Assembly (NCBI RefSeq): GCF_018977255.1
Contig: NW_024704743.1
Span: 105,216,001-105,280,000 of the forward strand
Direction of reading: 5' to 3'
DNA: 64,000 nucleotides
Source of the DNA: Callorhinchus milii
Taxonomy: Eukaryota
Shown: in pieces, positions 23,632 through 36,362 of the stretch
Position numbering within the stretch: the stretch's first letter is position 1
Layout of the letters: every line of letters starts with the position of its first letter
Notes under the pieces: generated by a model
Told to the model about the DNA's origin: nothing
The model's database searches: none
The model's input: the letters and a program-made list of their open reading frames with translations, nothing else
Translations under genes and position numbers: made by a program

Positions 23632-25105
23632 AGGTAAATGGTCAGCTAGTTCAAAGCCAAGTAAATAATACCCGGTATGCATCAATGCACTTGTCTTTTA
23701 TACACGTGTAATAAATGTTTGTTCAATTTGACACCATCGACTTTAGGTGGGTGGCTACCAGTGAAGATATCTCCGTTAATCTTTCTTCACGAGATCCTGT
23801 TGGCATGTGTCCTCCTTCTCCCCGTGGATTGTAATTGAGGTCCATCAATTAGGATCGCTGTGGAGCCTCTGAAAAAAAAAAGAATGAGATTTCCCCCTGG
23901 AGCAGGAAATGCCAGTCCACTCCACTTGCAAATCCGGTGATCAGCTTCTGTGCTGCTGCTGCTGCCGTTTGTCGCTGTTTGCAGCTCAATGTTCGCAACT
24001 CTGGGATTCCCCCCAAAGCTGCTGACTTCACGCAAGACCTTTGATGTTAACTCGAAATACTGCTGGAAAAGGTGTAGCCGGGCAAAGAGCCACGGGGCAA
24101 AAATTTAGGAACTGAAACATGAACATTGACATTGAAATCCAGCAAAGGGAGGGGTGGTGGCACAGGTTTATCAACCCTCCCCACCCCCACCCCTCTCCCA
24201 CCCCCTCTTTTTTTGGGGGGGTCGAAATACCACTTTACTTGCGTTTTGTTCAGGAATGTCTCACGATCATCTTTATCAAATTAAAGACGTGTTGGCGGAA
24301 CTCTGATTAATCATAATTCACATGGCGATGGTGCTGGTAGTGCTGTAGTGATGCTGCCAACATATGGGAGCTGGATACCCTGCCATGTGTACATCAGACA
24401 CAAGCCACTTTAATTGGAGTTGGGTGGAATTTAAAAGAATGTGCATTTCTTTTACGTGCAGGACACATGTATTAATCACCATCAATTCAGACTCTGCTCC
24501 CCACAATTATTAGCAGCATTAAAATTAATACGATTGTAGCCTTCTTAAATAAATTTGAAAGCGTGACGCTTTTTAAATAGCTTATTTATTTACGCTGAAG
24601 CTGTTTGTAACAATAGATCGTGTGTTCCATATGGCTGGATCATTTATTGACATGAGTTTAAGCTTAATTTTTTTGATCACAAACTCTGTCCCCTGAGTGT
24701 GGATGAGTTCTACCCGAGTTTCTTGCTCAACTTGGGAAGACACAGACGATATTAACGCTATAGGATTGAGTACCTTCTCACAGAGAAGTCCCTGTTCCAG
24801 TCTAATTCCAAGGCTGTTGTATTTATGAAGACAAAAATCGGTTGGTTGTCTGTTGAATTTTAATTAACAGAAACCACGGAAGTTCAAGGAGATGGTCGGG
24901 TTTACAGTGCATCTTTGATACAAGAATCAGTTGTAAATAGGTATAGAGATAGGACCATTTCTCAAGAATAATCTATTGTAATTCTTAGAGGTAATCTGCA
25001 AGTAACTAACGTTCTCATGAACACTCATTCTTTAAGTGTCATAACATAATTATATGACAATAGAACAAGTTTCTCTATACAAGCAAAGTTACTAATAACA
25101 AGGAA

Positions 25106-27800
25106 CAACAACAACAACAACAACAAGATTCCATTTATAAAGCGCCTTTCACGTCGGGAGGACGTCCCAAGGCGCTGCACAGTTGGGTCATGACCCGAGC
25201 AGGGGGGAAATGGTCAGGGTGAGGGGAGGGAAGGGAGGGAGCGAGGAGGGGGGAAATGGTCAGGGTGAGGGGAGGGAAGGGAGGGAGCGAGGAGGGGAAG
25301 AGAGTCGAGAGGGGAGCTGAAGGCACGGTCAAAGAGAAAGGTTTTGAGACCGGCCTTGAAGGAGGAAAGGGAGGAAGCAAGGCGAAGGCACTGGGGGATG
25401 GAGTTCCAGAGCCTGGGGGCTGAGAGGCTGAAGGCCCGACCACCGATGGTAGGGCGGTTGGGGCGGGGGACGTGGAGCAGACCGGAGCCAGAGGAACGGA
25501 GGGTACGGGCAGGTAGGTAGGGGGATAGTAGGTTGGAGAGGTAGGAGGGAGCAAGGCCGTGAATGGCCTTGTAGGTGAGGATGAGGATCTTGAAATCAAT
25601 CCTCTGGGGGATGGGGAGCCAGTGGAGGCGAGCGAGGGTGGGAGTGATGTGGTCCGAAGCCTGGTGCGGGACAGTACACGAGCTGCAGAGTTCTGAATGA
25701 CCTGCAGCTTGTGGAGGGAGGTGGTGGGAAGGCCGGCGAGGAGAGAGTTCCCATAGTCCAGCCTTGAGGTGACAAAGGCGTGAACCAGGGTTTCAGCAGC
25801 GTGAGGGGTGAGGTAATGCCGTAGTCTGGCGATGTTCCGGAGGTGATGGAAGGCGGTGCCAGTTGTGGTGCGGATGTGAGGGAGAAAGGACAGCTCAGGG
25901 TCGAACAAAACGCCGAGGTTCCTGACTGGCTTTGAGAGGTGGAGAGTGCAGCCTTGGATGCTGATGGTGTCAGCGCCTGAGGTGCGGAGGCGCTGACGTG
26001 AGCCAATCAGGAGGGCCTCGGTTTTTCGCACGTTGAGCTGAAGAAAGTTGTCTCTCGTCCAGGACTCGATGTCGGACAGGCAGGCTGTCAGGACATCGGT
26101 GGTCGTGGAGTTGAGAGTAGAGGAGGAAAGGTAGAGTTGGGTGTCATCCGCATACATGTGGAAGTTAACTCCATGTCTGCGGATGATGTCACCAAGGGGG
26201 AGCATATAGAGGGTGAAGAGGAGGGGACCGAGGACAGAGCCCTGAGGGACACCACATGAGACAGTACGGGGGGTGGAGGAGAAGCCATTCGTCGAGACAA
26301 AGTGAAGACGGTGAGAAAGGTACGACCTAAACCATTCAAGGACAGTGCCTTGAAGGTTGAGGTGGGAGGACAAGCGGTGGAGTAGGATAGCGTGGTCGAC
26401 CGTATCGAATGCTGCCGATAGGTCGAGGAGGACGAGGAGACAGAGGGAGCCCTGGTCACAGATGGTCAGGATATCATTGGTGACCTTGACCAGGGCAGTT
26501 TCTGTGCTATGGGCAGCACGGAAACCTGACTGAAGGGGTTCGAAAAGAGAATGGGTGGAAAGGAAAGAGCGCAGTTGGGAGGCGACAACTCTTTCCAAGA
26601 CCTTGGAGAGAAAGGGGAGGTTGGAGATGGGCCGGTAGCTTGATAGCTGCGACGCATCAAGGGAGGGTTTTTTCAGGGTGGGCGTGATGATGGCAGTTTT
26701 TAATGGAATGGGGACAGAGCCAGAGGAGAGGGACAGGTTGATGATGTCAGTGATATGTGGGGCAAGAAAGTGGAGCTGGGAGATAAGGAGTGGAGTGGGG
26801 ATGGGGTCAAGGGAGCAGGTGGTTGGTTTTAGGGATAGGATGAGTTCAGTGACAGAGGGTGGGGAAACGGGTACGAAGGTGTGTAGGGGAGGATGGGTAG
26901 GAGTCGGAGTGTGGGAGGGAAGGGGTGGGTGGTGGGTGGAAGTTGGAGGGGAAGTGACCGCGGAGCGGATTCCCTTGATCTTGGATTCAAGGAAATCCAG
27001 CATCTCCTCGCAGTGAAGGTTGGAGGAGATGACCTGCGCGGGGTGGCGGGGGGGACGGAGGAGTCGGGTTGTGGTGGAAAACAGTAGCCTGGGGTTGTTC
27101 TTCGCCTCCAGGATTATCCTGGAGTAGAAGGACGACTTGGCCGAGGCTAGAGTGGAGCGGTAAATTTTGAGGAGGTCCAGCCAGATTTGTCGGTGGACCG
27201 TTAGGCCAGATTTGACACAGGTGCGTTCAGCAGCCCGCACCTGGCTTTTCAGTGAGCGGAGGTGGGTGGTGTACCAGGGGGAGGAGCGGGAGTAGGAGAC
27301 AGTGCGGGAAGTGATGGGGGCAAGAGTATCGAGTGTGGAGGAGAGGGTATTGTGGAGGAGGGAGAGAGGAGAAGAGGGGTCGGTGAGGGTTGAAGGCCAG
27401 AGGGAGAGGAGTTCAGAGGACTCCAAGGCATCGGTTAGGGATTGTGGGGGTAACTTCTTCCAAGGGCGAGACACTGAGGCCCCGGGTGATCACCAAATCG
27501 AGTGGGTGGCCGTGACTGTGAGTGGGGGAGTTTATGTGTAAGGAGAGGTTGAGTGAGGAGAGCAGGGAAGAGAAGTCTGTGGAGATGGAGCAGGAGGGTG
27601 TGAAGTGTAGATTAAAGTCGCCCAGGATGATGAGGCGATCGGAGCAGAGGCAAAGAGATGTGAGGAGTGTTGAAATGTCAGAGATGAAGGTGGTGGAGGT
27701 TTTAGGGGGCCGGTAGAGGAGGAGGATTTTAAGGGAGAGGAATGAGGGGTGGGAGAGGGTGAGGTGCTCAAAGGAGGGGAAAGAGCCAGTGGAGCCAGTG
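25106..27800 (-). mobile_element. Young L2-clade LINE, 5'-truncated; largely intact ORF2 (partial endonuclease plus RT)
   Basis: A 779-aa ORF contains [38 protein letters not shown] and YADD. The upstream frame has LLYRPPK, LGDFNLH and [11 protein letters not shown]. It ends in a (TTG)n tail. Confidence 0.96.
25202..25293. repeat. Perfect 46-bp tandem duplication in the L2 3' UTR
   Basis: ggggggaaatggtcagggtgaggggagggaagggagggagcgagga occurs twice. It is single-copy in the sister element at 29337-29496. Confidence 0.9.
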
Positions 27801-28429
27801 GAAATATTGTACTGAGTTTTCCTGAAAACTGGGAATTTACTCTTGTACTTAGTTACAAGGAAAATCGAGGACCTCAATTCTATCTCTGCTCTGTGCTGAG
27901 ATGTGAACAAATGTGTACACGTGTGCAAACAGGATCAGCTGCAAATAGGATGCAAACTACAGATATTTCATCATTCACATCGAGTGTCGCCAGATTGTTT
28001 GACCACAAGAAGAAAGTCAAACCTGACACAATGTTCTCACACCTGTAGGAGACCTTGTGATTTATAGCTAGAAGAATATGTAGTAGTTAAAGAATAAAGA
28101 GGTCATGTTGAACCTGTACAAGACGCCAAACACAAAACATAGTGTACAATTTTAGACTCCTCCTGACAATAAAGATATTGATTCATCAGGATGTTGACTG
28201 GAAATGTGGAAATACAGATATAAGGAAAGGCTTGACAAACTGGGAACACTCAGCAGGTCAGGCAGCATCAATGGAGAGAAGAAAGTGAGTTAATGTTTCA
28301 GGTCAATGACCTTTTGTCAGAACTGATGCAATAATATTAATAAAATAATAATAATTATTACTTTATCTCAAAGAAACATACTATTTATTGAGCAGATTTC
28401 AGAAAACAGGTACCTGCACTATAGAGATG

Positions 28430-30075
28430 TCACCCACATCTTGAAAAAACCTCCCCTGGATCCATCCCTCCTCTCCAGCTACTGCCCAATCTCTAACCTC
28501 CCATTCCTCTCCAAGGTCCTGGAACAAGTCGTCACGTCCCAGCTCTGCTCCTTTCTTTCTCCCCATTCCCTCTTTGAACTCCTCCAATCCGAATTCCGAG
28601 CTGTCCACAGCATGGAAACAGCCCTGGTCAAAGTCACTAATCACATTCTGAACATCTGTGATCAGGGCTCCCTCTGCCTCCTTGTCCTCCTCGACCTCTC
28701 TGCTGCCTTCGACACTGTCAATCACTCTACCTTCATACACCGCCTCTCCGCTTTACTCAATCTTCACGGATCTGCCCTTGGCTGGTTCGATTCCTATCTC
28801 TCTCACCATCCCCACTTTGTTGCCTCTAACGGTTTCTCCTCCAGCCCCTGCACTGTCACGTCTGGCGTCCCACAGGGCTCTGTCCTTGGCGCTCTCCTCT
28901 TTAATATCTACATGCTCCCCCTTGGTGACATCATCCGCAGACATGGAGTCAACTTCCACATGTATGTGGATGATACCCAACTCTTATCTTTCTGCCTCCA
29001 CCCTCAACTCCAGGACCACTGCTGTCCTGACAGACTGTCTGTCGGACATCAAGTCCTGGATGAGGGCAAATTTCCTACAGTTGAATGTGAACAAGACTGA
29101 GGCCCTCCTGATTGGCTCGCGCCAGCACCTCAGCACCTGGTAACATCCACCTCCAGGGTTGCACACTACAACTCACCAAGTCAGTCAGGAACCTAGCTGT
29201 CTTGTTCAACCCTCAACTGTCTTTTCTCCCCCACATTCAGGCCATGACCTGCTCTGCCATCCCTCACCTCCGTAACATCGCCCGACTCCGCCACTACCTC
29301 ACCCCTCAGGCTGCTGAAATTCTTGTTCATGCCTTCAACAACAACAACAACAACAACAAGATTCCATTTATAAAGCGCCTTTCACGTCAGGAGGACGTCC
29401 CAAGGCGCTGCACAGTTGGGTCATGACCCGAGCAAGGGGGAAATGGTCAGGGTGAGGGGAGGGAAGCGAGGGAGCAAGGAGGGGGAAGAGAGTCGATCAC
29501 CTCCAGGCTCGACTTTGCAAACGCCCTGTTTGTCGGCCTTCCCAACTCCTCCCTCTACAGGCTGCAGATAATCCAGAACTCTGCAGTCCATGTCCTCTCC
29601 CGCACCAAACTCCGTGACCCCATCTCCCCCACTCTCGCCCGACTCCATTGGCTCCCTATCCTTCAGAGGATCCAATTCAAGATCCTGGTCCTCACATACA
29701 AAGCCTTCCATGGCCTCGCCCCACTCTACCTCCGTGACCTCCTAACCCCCTCATTCCCTCCGCTCAGCTGGCTCCGGCCTGCTCCACGCCCCCCGACTCA
29801 CCCGCCCCACCATTGGCGGGAGAGCCTTCAGCCACTCTGCCCCCAACCTCTGGAATTCTATCCGCCAGTCACTCCACCTCACCCCCTCCTTAGCCTCCTT
29901 CGAGTCTCGCCTTAAGACCCTCCGCTTCGACCATGCCATCGGCCAACCCCCTTCCCTTCCCCTCCCTTCTGCCCCCCTGACCCCAGCTCGTGTTTGAAAT
30001 GCTGTACTCTGTCCAGTGCCTTGGGACATCCTCACAACGTGAAAGGCGCTGTACAAATGTAATCTTGTTGTTGTC
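28430..30075 (+). mobile_element. L2 LINE (RT to 3' end), inactivated, carrying a nested younger L2
   Basis: [38 protein letters not shown] followed by a frameshift, and an L2 tail at ~30070. Confidence 0.93.
29337..29496 (-). mobile_element. 160-bp 5'-truncated young L2 inserted antisense into an older L2
   Basis: An (AAC)n run plus 3' UTR matches the 3' end of the 25106 element. The host reads gccttc|atcacctcc when the insert is removed. Confidence 0.92.
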
Positions 30076-30125
30076 TGAGCTTCCATGCTATAGTGATGAA
30101 TCACATCCCCTAACTATTAATCACT

Positions 30126-30392
30126 GACTTTTTTTAACGTTAATCAACAGCTATATACTGCCACTCTGTACTGGGGCATAAAACCTCAACTAAAAAGAAT
30201 CATTCGAAAGTTACTGAAGCATGCAACACATGAACTCATTGATGCCAAAGTGTTTTTGAGTCGTCAATGAATACACATCTGATTTTGCTGATGTCCAATC
30301 TGGCAGCTTGGATGGCAAGTGAGCAAAAAAAAACTTTTATCCCCCAGTACAGAGTGGCAGTTGATACTGTTGATTAATGTTAAAAAAAAGTC
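30126..30392. repeat. Foldback element: ~58-bp imperfect inverted repeats around a ~150-bp spacer
   Basis: Left arm gactttttttaacgttaatcaacagctatatactgccactctgtactggggcataaaa. Reverse complement of the right arm gacttttttttaacattaatcaacagtatcaactgccactctgtactgggggataaaa. Confidence 0.9.
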
Positions 30393-31037
30393 TATCTCTA
30401 GTTCCCTTGTAAGCATTACAAACAAAGAATGAGTGATGATAAATGGACAATGATTTGTCTGGGGAACAGTTATCAGTGTGTTAAAAGGATTCTATTTTGA
30501 TTTGCCTGCTGTTTGTGCGATTCCATAATTATTTTGATCATGTGGAAACCGATTATAATACTTAAAAATATCCAAACCACACTGGAGTTCCACTTAAACA
30601 TGGAAATTTCCCTGTGTCTAGAATGGAATGAACACTCTCTCCTGGGAAGAATACGTGTTGCTTGACCAATTCAAGAGAGTATTACGTGTAGGTTTGCAAG
30701 AGTTAAAGCTTGAGGACCCCAGAGCTTGTGTTGGGGTACTGTTGGTGTTTAGCCAGTTAAAACCACTTAAGTTACCACCGAGAGCATTGCTTGGCAAGTT
30801 TCCCACTGCTTATCCAGCTAGGATCAAATGGTTAGGGCTTTGACTTGCAGGATTAATGGTAACTAAGGGAGGAATCCTTATCTCCAGTGACTTGTTTCCA
30901 TCTCCAAGTGCCCTGGGTTACTGCAGACTGACTTGATTTAAAAACTGAACTACCAAGCCCAGCACAGAGGATTGACTCGATTCTGACATTCTGTGGCCAA
31001 GCACATCATTTTAGACATAACCCAACCTTGTGTTTGT

Positions 31038-31450
31038 CAGCCTGATGCACTGGTAGCATTCTTGCCTCTGAGTTAGATGGTTGTGGGTTCCACATCGGTT
31101 TTGAACTCACATAATCTAAGATGACACTCCAATGCAGTGCTGAGGGTATGAGGCATTGTCAGAGGTGCCATCCTTTGGATGAGAAACTTTAAAACCGAGA
31201 TCCCGCTTGGCTTTTCAGGTGGACTTTAAATATCCTGTGGCATGATTCAACAAGTGAAAGTAGTTTCTCTCAGTGTCCTGGCAAATAATCCCCCAAATAA
31301 AATTGGTGATTCATTTTGTGGCTGCTCGTGGAACACTACTGTGTGCAAATTGGTTGCTGCATTCGCCTACAAATACCCAGTCACTCCACTTCAGAGTGTG
31401 TTCTGTAAAGTACATTGGGACGTCCTCCCAATGTGGAAGGATTATTAATA
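31038..31450 (+). mobile_element. Old DeuSINE (SacSINE1/AmnSINE1-like), near full length
   Basis: Head ggtagcattcttgcctctgagttagatggttgtgggttcc, then gacactccaatgcagtgctgaggg, core gctgtgtgcaaattggttgctgc and an L2-like tail. Confidence 0.8.
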
Positions 31451-33894
31451 TCAGATTTGCTGATGATACAAAATTTTGTGTAGATGAGAAATAGTTGTGA
31501 AGTTGTGAAATGAAAAACAAACTCCCCAAACATTAGTTGTAATGTTTAAATGGTGTTAAATAGATACTTGGCAAGCAAGGGTATTACAAGACATGGAGAA
31601 CAGATGGTGACATTAAATCAAAATATTCAACATTAAACAATAAAATCATGGAAAAATCTTGACAGGCTGAAAGCTTCCCTCTTTGTTCCTAAATCAGTTA
31701 CCACAGCTGAATAACATTCAGTTTGACTTGGAAAACAACACAAGCAAACAACCAAACTTTAGTGTATAACTTTAGTTGGGCAAACATTGGGGAAGGAGGA
31801 CTGAGCAAAGAGATAAGGAACTGGGAGACATTACTCAAGGACAAATCAGTTGAGGATAAATGAACATCTTTAAAGAATATTTAGTGCATGTAGCGAAGCT
31901 GCCCTCCGAAAAGGGTGCTAAATAAATGCAAGTTGTTGTTAATGCAGGACAAATACATACAAGTCCAGCAGGGGCAAATTGAACAAAAACACACCAAAAT
32001 GGATTAATGGAAAAATAAAAAGGAAGATAAGTAAGAAAAGGAAGATTTATAAACTTTGTAGGGAGAAAGAAGAGGGATGTCACCGGGCTGTATACAAGAC
32101 TATACAGAGAGATGAGAAGCTGAGAGTGAACTGGAACATGACATAGCAGCAAATGAAAAACAAAATTAATATTATAATAGTAAGAGTTCAGTCTTCAGTA
32201 AAGACATCTCAGATGATACAATACAATACGATACATTACAAATTTACATTTATATAGGAGGGCGTCCAAGGTGCTGGACAGTCCAAGTCAGAAGTTTGTG
32301 GGTTCAAACTCCATGTCGGGATATCAAACTTATATTGTTTATACCAGGGCTCGGGTGTGCTGAAATTGTTGAATTTACTGTCCTTTAGGTGGAACAATAA
32401 ACCAAGGTCTTGTTTCTTGTTTCTCCCAGCATCTTGGCCAACAATCTCCCAAATAAAATTGGTTAGATGCTTCATAGCTGTTTGTAGAATACTGTGCGCA
32501 AATTGGTGAAATTAACAGTCAAATTAATTATAATTAAATTATACTTTATAATATATCCTGTGAAGTGCTTTGTTTGCACCCAAGATGGGCATTTATATTC
32601 CAGATGGGGGTTTGCAGTCCAGGATTTGCACCCAAGACATGAGTGGGGGCCAAGGTTTGAGGGACAGGGTGTAAAGGGGGCAGGTAGTAGAAAGCTTAAC
32701 TAGTTATGGGGAATATTTGTTTATAAAATGGTGAAAAAGACTTACCAAAAGACTCACCAGGCTGATTGCCCACCTCCTGTTCCTGTTATTATTTTCAACA
32801 ATTTCTCTCTAAAAAGGCTTGCATTTTCTCAACCTAGTTTGTTTCAGAAATGCAGCCTTTGAATAAGGTGCTTAGTCTGGAATTAGGAGAGTGAGGAATT
32901 ACCCAGAAATTAATCTGTTTATCCTCATCTGTCTTCAACCAGCTAAAGCCACTTCTAACTGGAATTGTCCATTTTTCAATGCATCCTTTTAAGATAAACC
33001 TTGAAATTTAGATTTACAATATATGTATAGTAATAATAATAATAATCCTTACATTTCATATAGCGCTTTTCATGTCTTATAGTCGAGAGGATGGCCCATG
33101 GTATTGGATAACCCAAGGCTTGCACCTAAATTGGGGGTGGAAGTGAAGTGAGGGGGTGGGGAGAGATGACTGTATTCATTCTCCTCCTTGATTTGAAGGG
33201 ATCTCAGTAACAATACTAGTGATAATAATAATCCTTGCATTTGATATAGCACCTTATCACGTCTTGGAGACGTCTCAAAGCGCTTCACAGAATATACTGT
33301 TAAGTGAATTGATTGTATATTTTGTGGGCGAAACACAACAGCCAATCGCACACAGCAATGTCCCACAAACATGTGATAAAATTATTATTATTTTTATTAA
33401 GTGTGTTGTGGGTATTAAGTAAACAAGACACTGAATGGGTAAAATAAAAAATGGCAGCTAGAATTTAAAATCAATAATATTGAGAGCTATAAGAGATCGC
33501 ACACAGTACGTAGAATGTTCTTGGAAACTTTAGTAAGAGTTATTCATCCCTCCTAAGATAAATGCCTCATTTACATTGCTGAAAAGCAATGGAGATAAAT
33601 TATTGGGCTTTGAAATGTAGTTGTCTGAAAAACTGTTGTATAACTGACACCTCATAGTGGAAAAAGCATCTAAGGACATAAAGAGTATATTTCATGTAGA
33701 GAACCACTTGTATATCATATTGATCCATTTCCCCACCTCCCGCAACAGTTATGGCCAAAACTGGATTACAAGTCTGATAGCTATCGTCTTTGTTCTTACT
33801 GACACTGAGGAAGGTGTGATTGTTGCCGGGCCAAGGACACAGATTAGCATTTCAGTACTGCTTGAAGAGGTACCACCTTAAAATTAAGTTAGCC

Positions 33895-34502
33895 AGCCTG
33901 GCTCAGTTGGTAGCAATCTTGCCTTTAAGTCAGAAGGTTGAAATTATTTCAAGACTTTGAACCCATATCCTCTATGCTGATACTCCAGTGTTGGGATGTG
34001 CTGCATTGTTGAATGTGCATTTGGATGAAACATTAAACAAGGTCCTTGTTTTGTTCAATGTCCTAGAACAAGTTGTTTTGTTCTATGTCCTAGAACAAGT
34101 TCCCAAATAAAATTGTTTATGCTTCAAACACATTTGTAAGCAAACATTACCGCCCAACTTGTAGACAGTATTCTACATGAGGCTGTCGTGTTTGCTTACA
34201 TAAGTTTTTATAACAATTAATAATAATCCTTGCATCTGATATAGCGCTTTTCATGTCTTCTAGACATCTCAAAGTGAATTGACTGTATATTTGTGGGCGA
34301 AACGCGACAGCCAATTGTGCATAGCAGTGTCCCACAAACAGTCGTGGATTGAAGTGACCAATTTATTATTGTTCTTTTCTCAAGGGATTATTTTGAAGCG
34401 TGTGGAGTAAGGAAACTTGCCCAAGGTATTGCCTTGCTGGGAATCAAACTCAGGTCTCTCGCTTGTGAGGTTAGTGGTTACACTGAGCTATGGGACGCCA
34501 CA
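33895..34502. mobile_element. Old DeuSINE (plus) interrupted by a younger Deu-type SINE (minus, 34220-34502)
   Basis: An old head lies at 33895-33960. The young SINE has tail, core and head in reverse orientation. Confidence 0.75.
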
Positions 34503-35989
34503 CATTACACTTTATGGTATATCCTGTGAGTGCTTTGAGATGCCCTCCTGATGTGAATACACTATATCAAATGTAACGGTTATTATCATTATTAAATATT
34601 TTAAATTATGCCAGTATTTTGAGAAGCATCACTGTGCTCTGTACTCCATGGCAGATAACAGAGGCATCTCTTGTAAGAGATGCCATTCTGTAATCGCTGA
34701 CAAGGATATCAGCTATAAGAGGCTTTGTGTCCAACAGAAATATCCTTTAACATGCTTCCTTCCCAATTATCTATCTTCCTTTTAAACATCCCAGTCCATT
34801 ATTCTGGGGCAATGGCTCACTCTTTGGGGACTTTTTGGGCAAAGACCTTTGACACAATAACAGAGGGAAACCTATGCGACATTTAGTCCAGATAATTAAA
34901 TCCTTCCCTGGGCTTGGCTAAAACAAGATGATCAGTGATTGTTGAAGGCCCATCTTAAAACTTAGGCAGCCAAACAGGTGGAAACAAATAGATAAAATTA
35001 CCTTGCAGTAGAGCTCATTTGTAACAATCCTTCATACCATACTTGCAAAAGGAAAACAGTGAATGGATCTAGTATGTGGCATCTGGTGGTAAGAAGATAA
35101 ATGTACATTTCAAGGATCATCTGCAAATCCATGCAATGAGCTATGCTAAACAGCAGTAAAGACTAGTTTCAGTTAGCTAAGGAATGATGGAGACACAGGC
35201 AGCCATCAACTCTCACATTAAACAAGTGTTTGTAATGGACCAAACAGGATAAATAGTAGATTAAACTCCGAGTAATGCCACAGAATGTCACAGAATCTAC
35301 TAAACCTCAGCTAAGCTCCTTAAAGACTGCATTTCTGAAGCAAATTAGGTTGAGAATAAACAGCAACATTTTATTAGAGATTCCAGGAGCTGTGGCATGA
35401 AGGAAAACAGTTTTCCTCTTTTTTCACAATCTGAAGCAATTCCAAAAATATTTTGTTGATTCCCTGCATTAAAGAAGTTAACACAACAATAGCAAGTTAA
35501 CAGTGAAGTTTTTTTAAAAAAAAAGTATATCTTCTTGACAGCAAAGGCATCTTTTTGCCAAGATGAGACAGTTGTTAGCTATGTTGCCTTTTATAGTATG
35601 GGTGGTAGAATTCCAAAAATGCTTCTTTGGTCAGACATGACAGTCAGACTCCTGACACATGATTTAAATGCAAGTTAAAATTCTAAAGTCGAGTCACCAT
35701 TCACTATGGCATCATGATATTCTTGCACTTTTAGTACTGAAATAAGTTAACTCTCTGAGTACCGACAGTGACTTACGCATTTTTCTGCAAAGGGGTGGTA
35801 AGGACCCAAAAGATGGGATTCGATGTACCAAAGGGCCCATACTGTCTGTGCCATTAATCTTTGTTTTTTTATAGCAGGATACTTTAATAAGAAATCTGAG
35901 TTGCTCAAAAGAGGGAATTCCTTCTAGGAACCAGAACTACATCACTCCCAACTCGCAGGAAAGTAGTGATTTAGCCACAACTGGATTTA

Positions 35990-36362
35990 TAGGAGTCCTG
36001 TAGCTTAGTGATGAGAGCACTCACCTCACAGGCGAGAGACCTGGGTTCAATTCCCAGCAGGGCGAAATGTTGGGCAAGTTTCGTTACTCCACACATCCTC
36101 TGTTTACCTAGCAGTAAGTAGGAACCCATTTGTTAGTTGATTGGCAGATCGCTTTTCCGGGGGTAATAATTCCTTCAAAAAAAAGTAATAAATGGGTCAC
36201 TTCAATCCATGACTGTTTGTGGGACACTGCTGTGCACAATTGGCTGCCACATTTCGCCCACAAAATATAGAGTCAATTCACTTTAAAGTATATTCTGTGA
36301 AGCACTTTGAGACATCTCGAAGACTTGATAAGGCCCTATATCAAATGCAAGGATTATTATTA
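35990..36362 (+). mobile_element. Deu-type tRNA SINE (long subfamily), full length
   Basis: Head ggagtcctgtagcttagtg...gggttcaattcc, then the core and a (TTA)n tail. Confidence 0.92.

Noticed and set aside
34048..34101. 27-bp tandem duplication
   Set aside because: Simple slippage duplication inside an old SINE; there are no spacers, so it is not CRISPR-like.
35990..36065. tRNA-like sequences with A and B boxes (also at 48221 and on the minus strand elsewhere)
   Set aside because: These are SINE heads continuous with the Deu core and tail, not tRNA genes.
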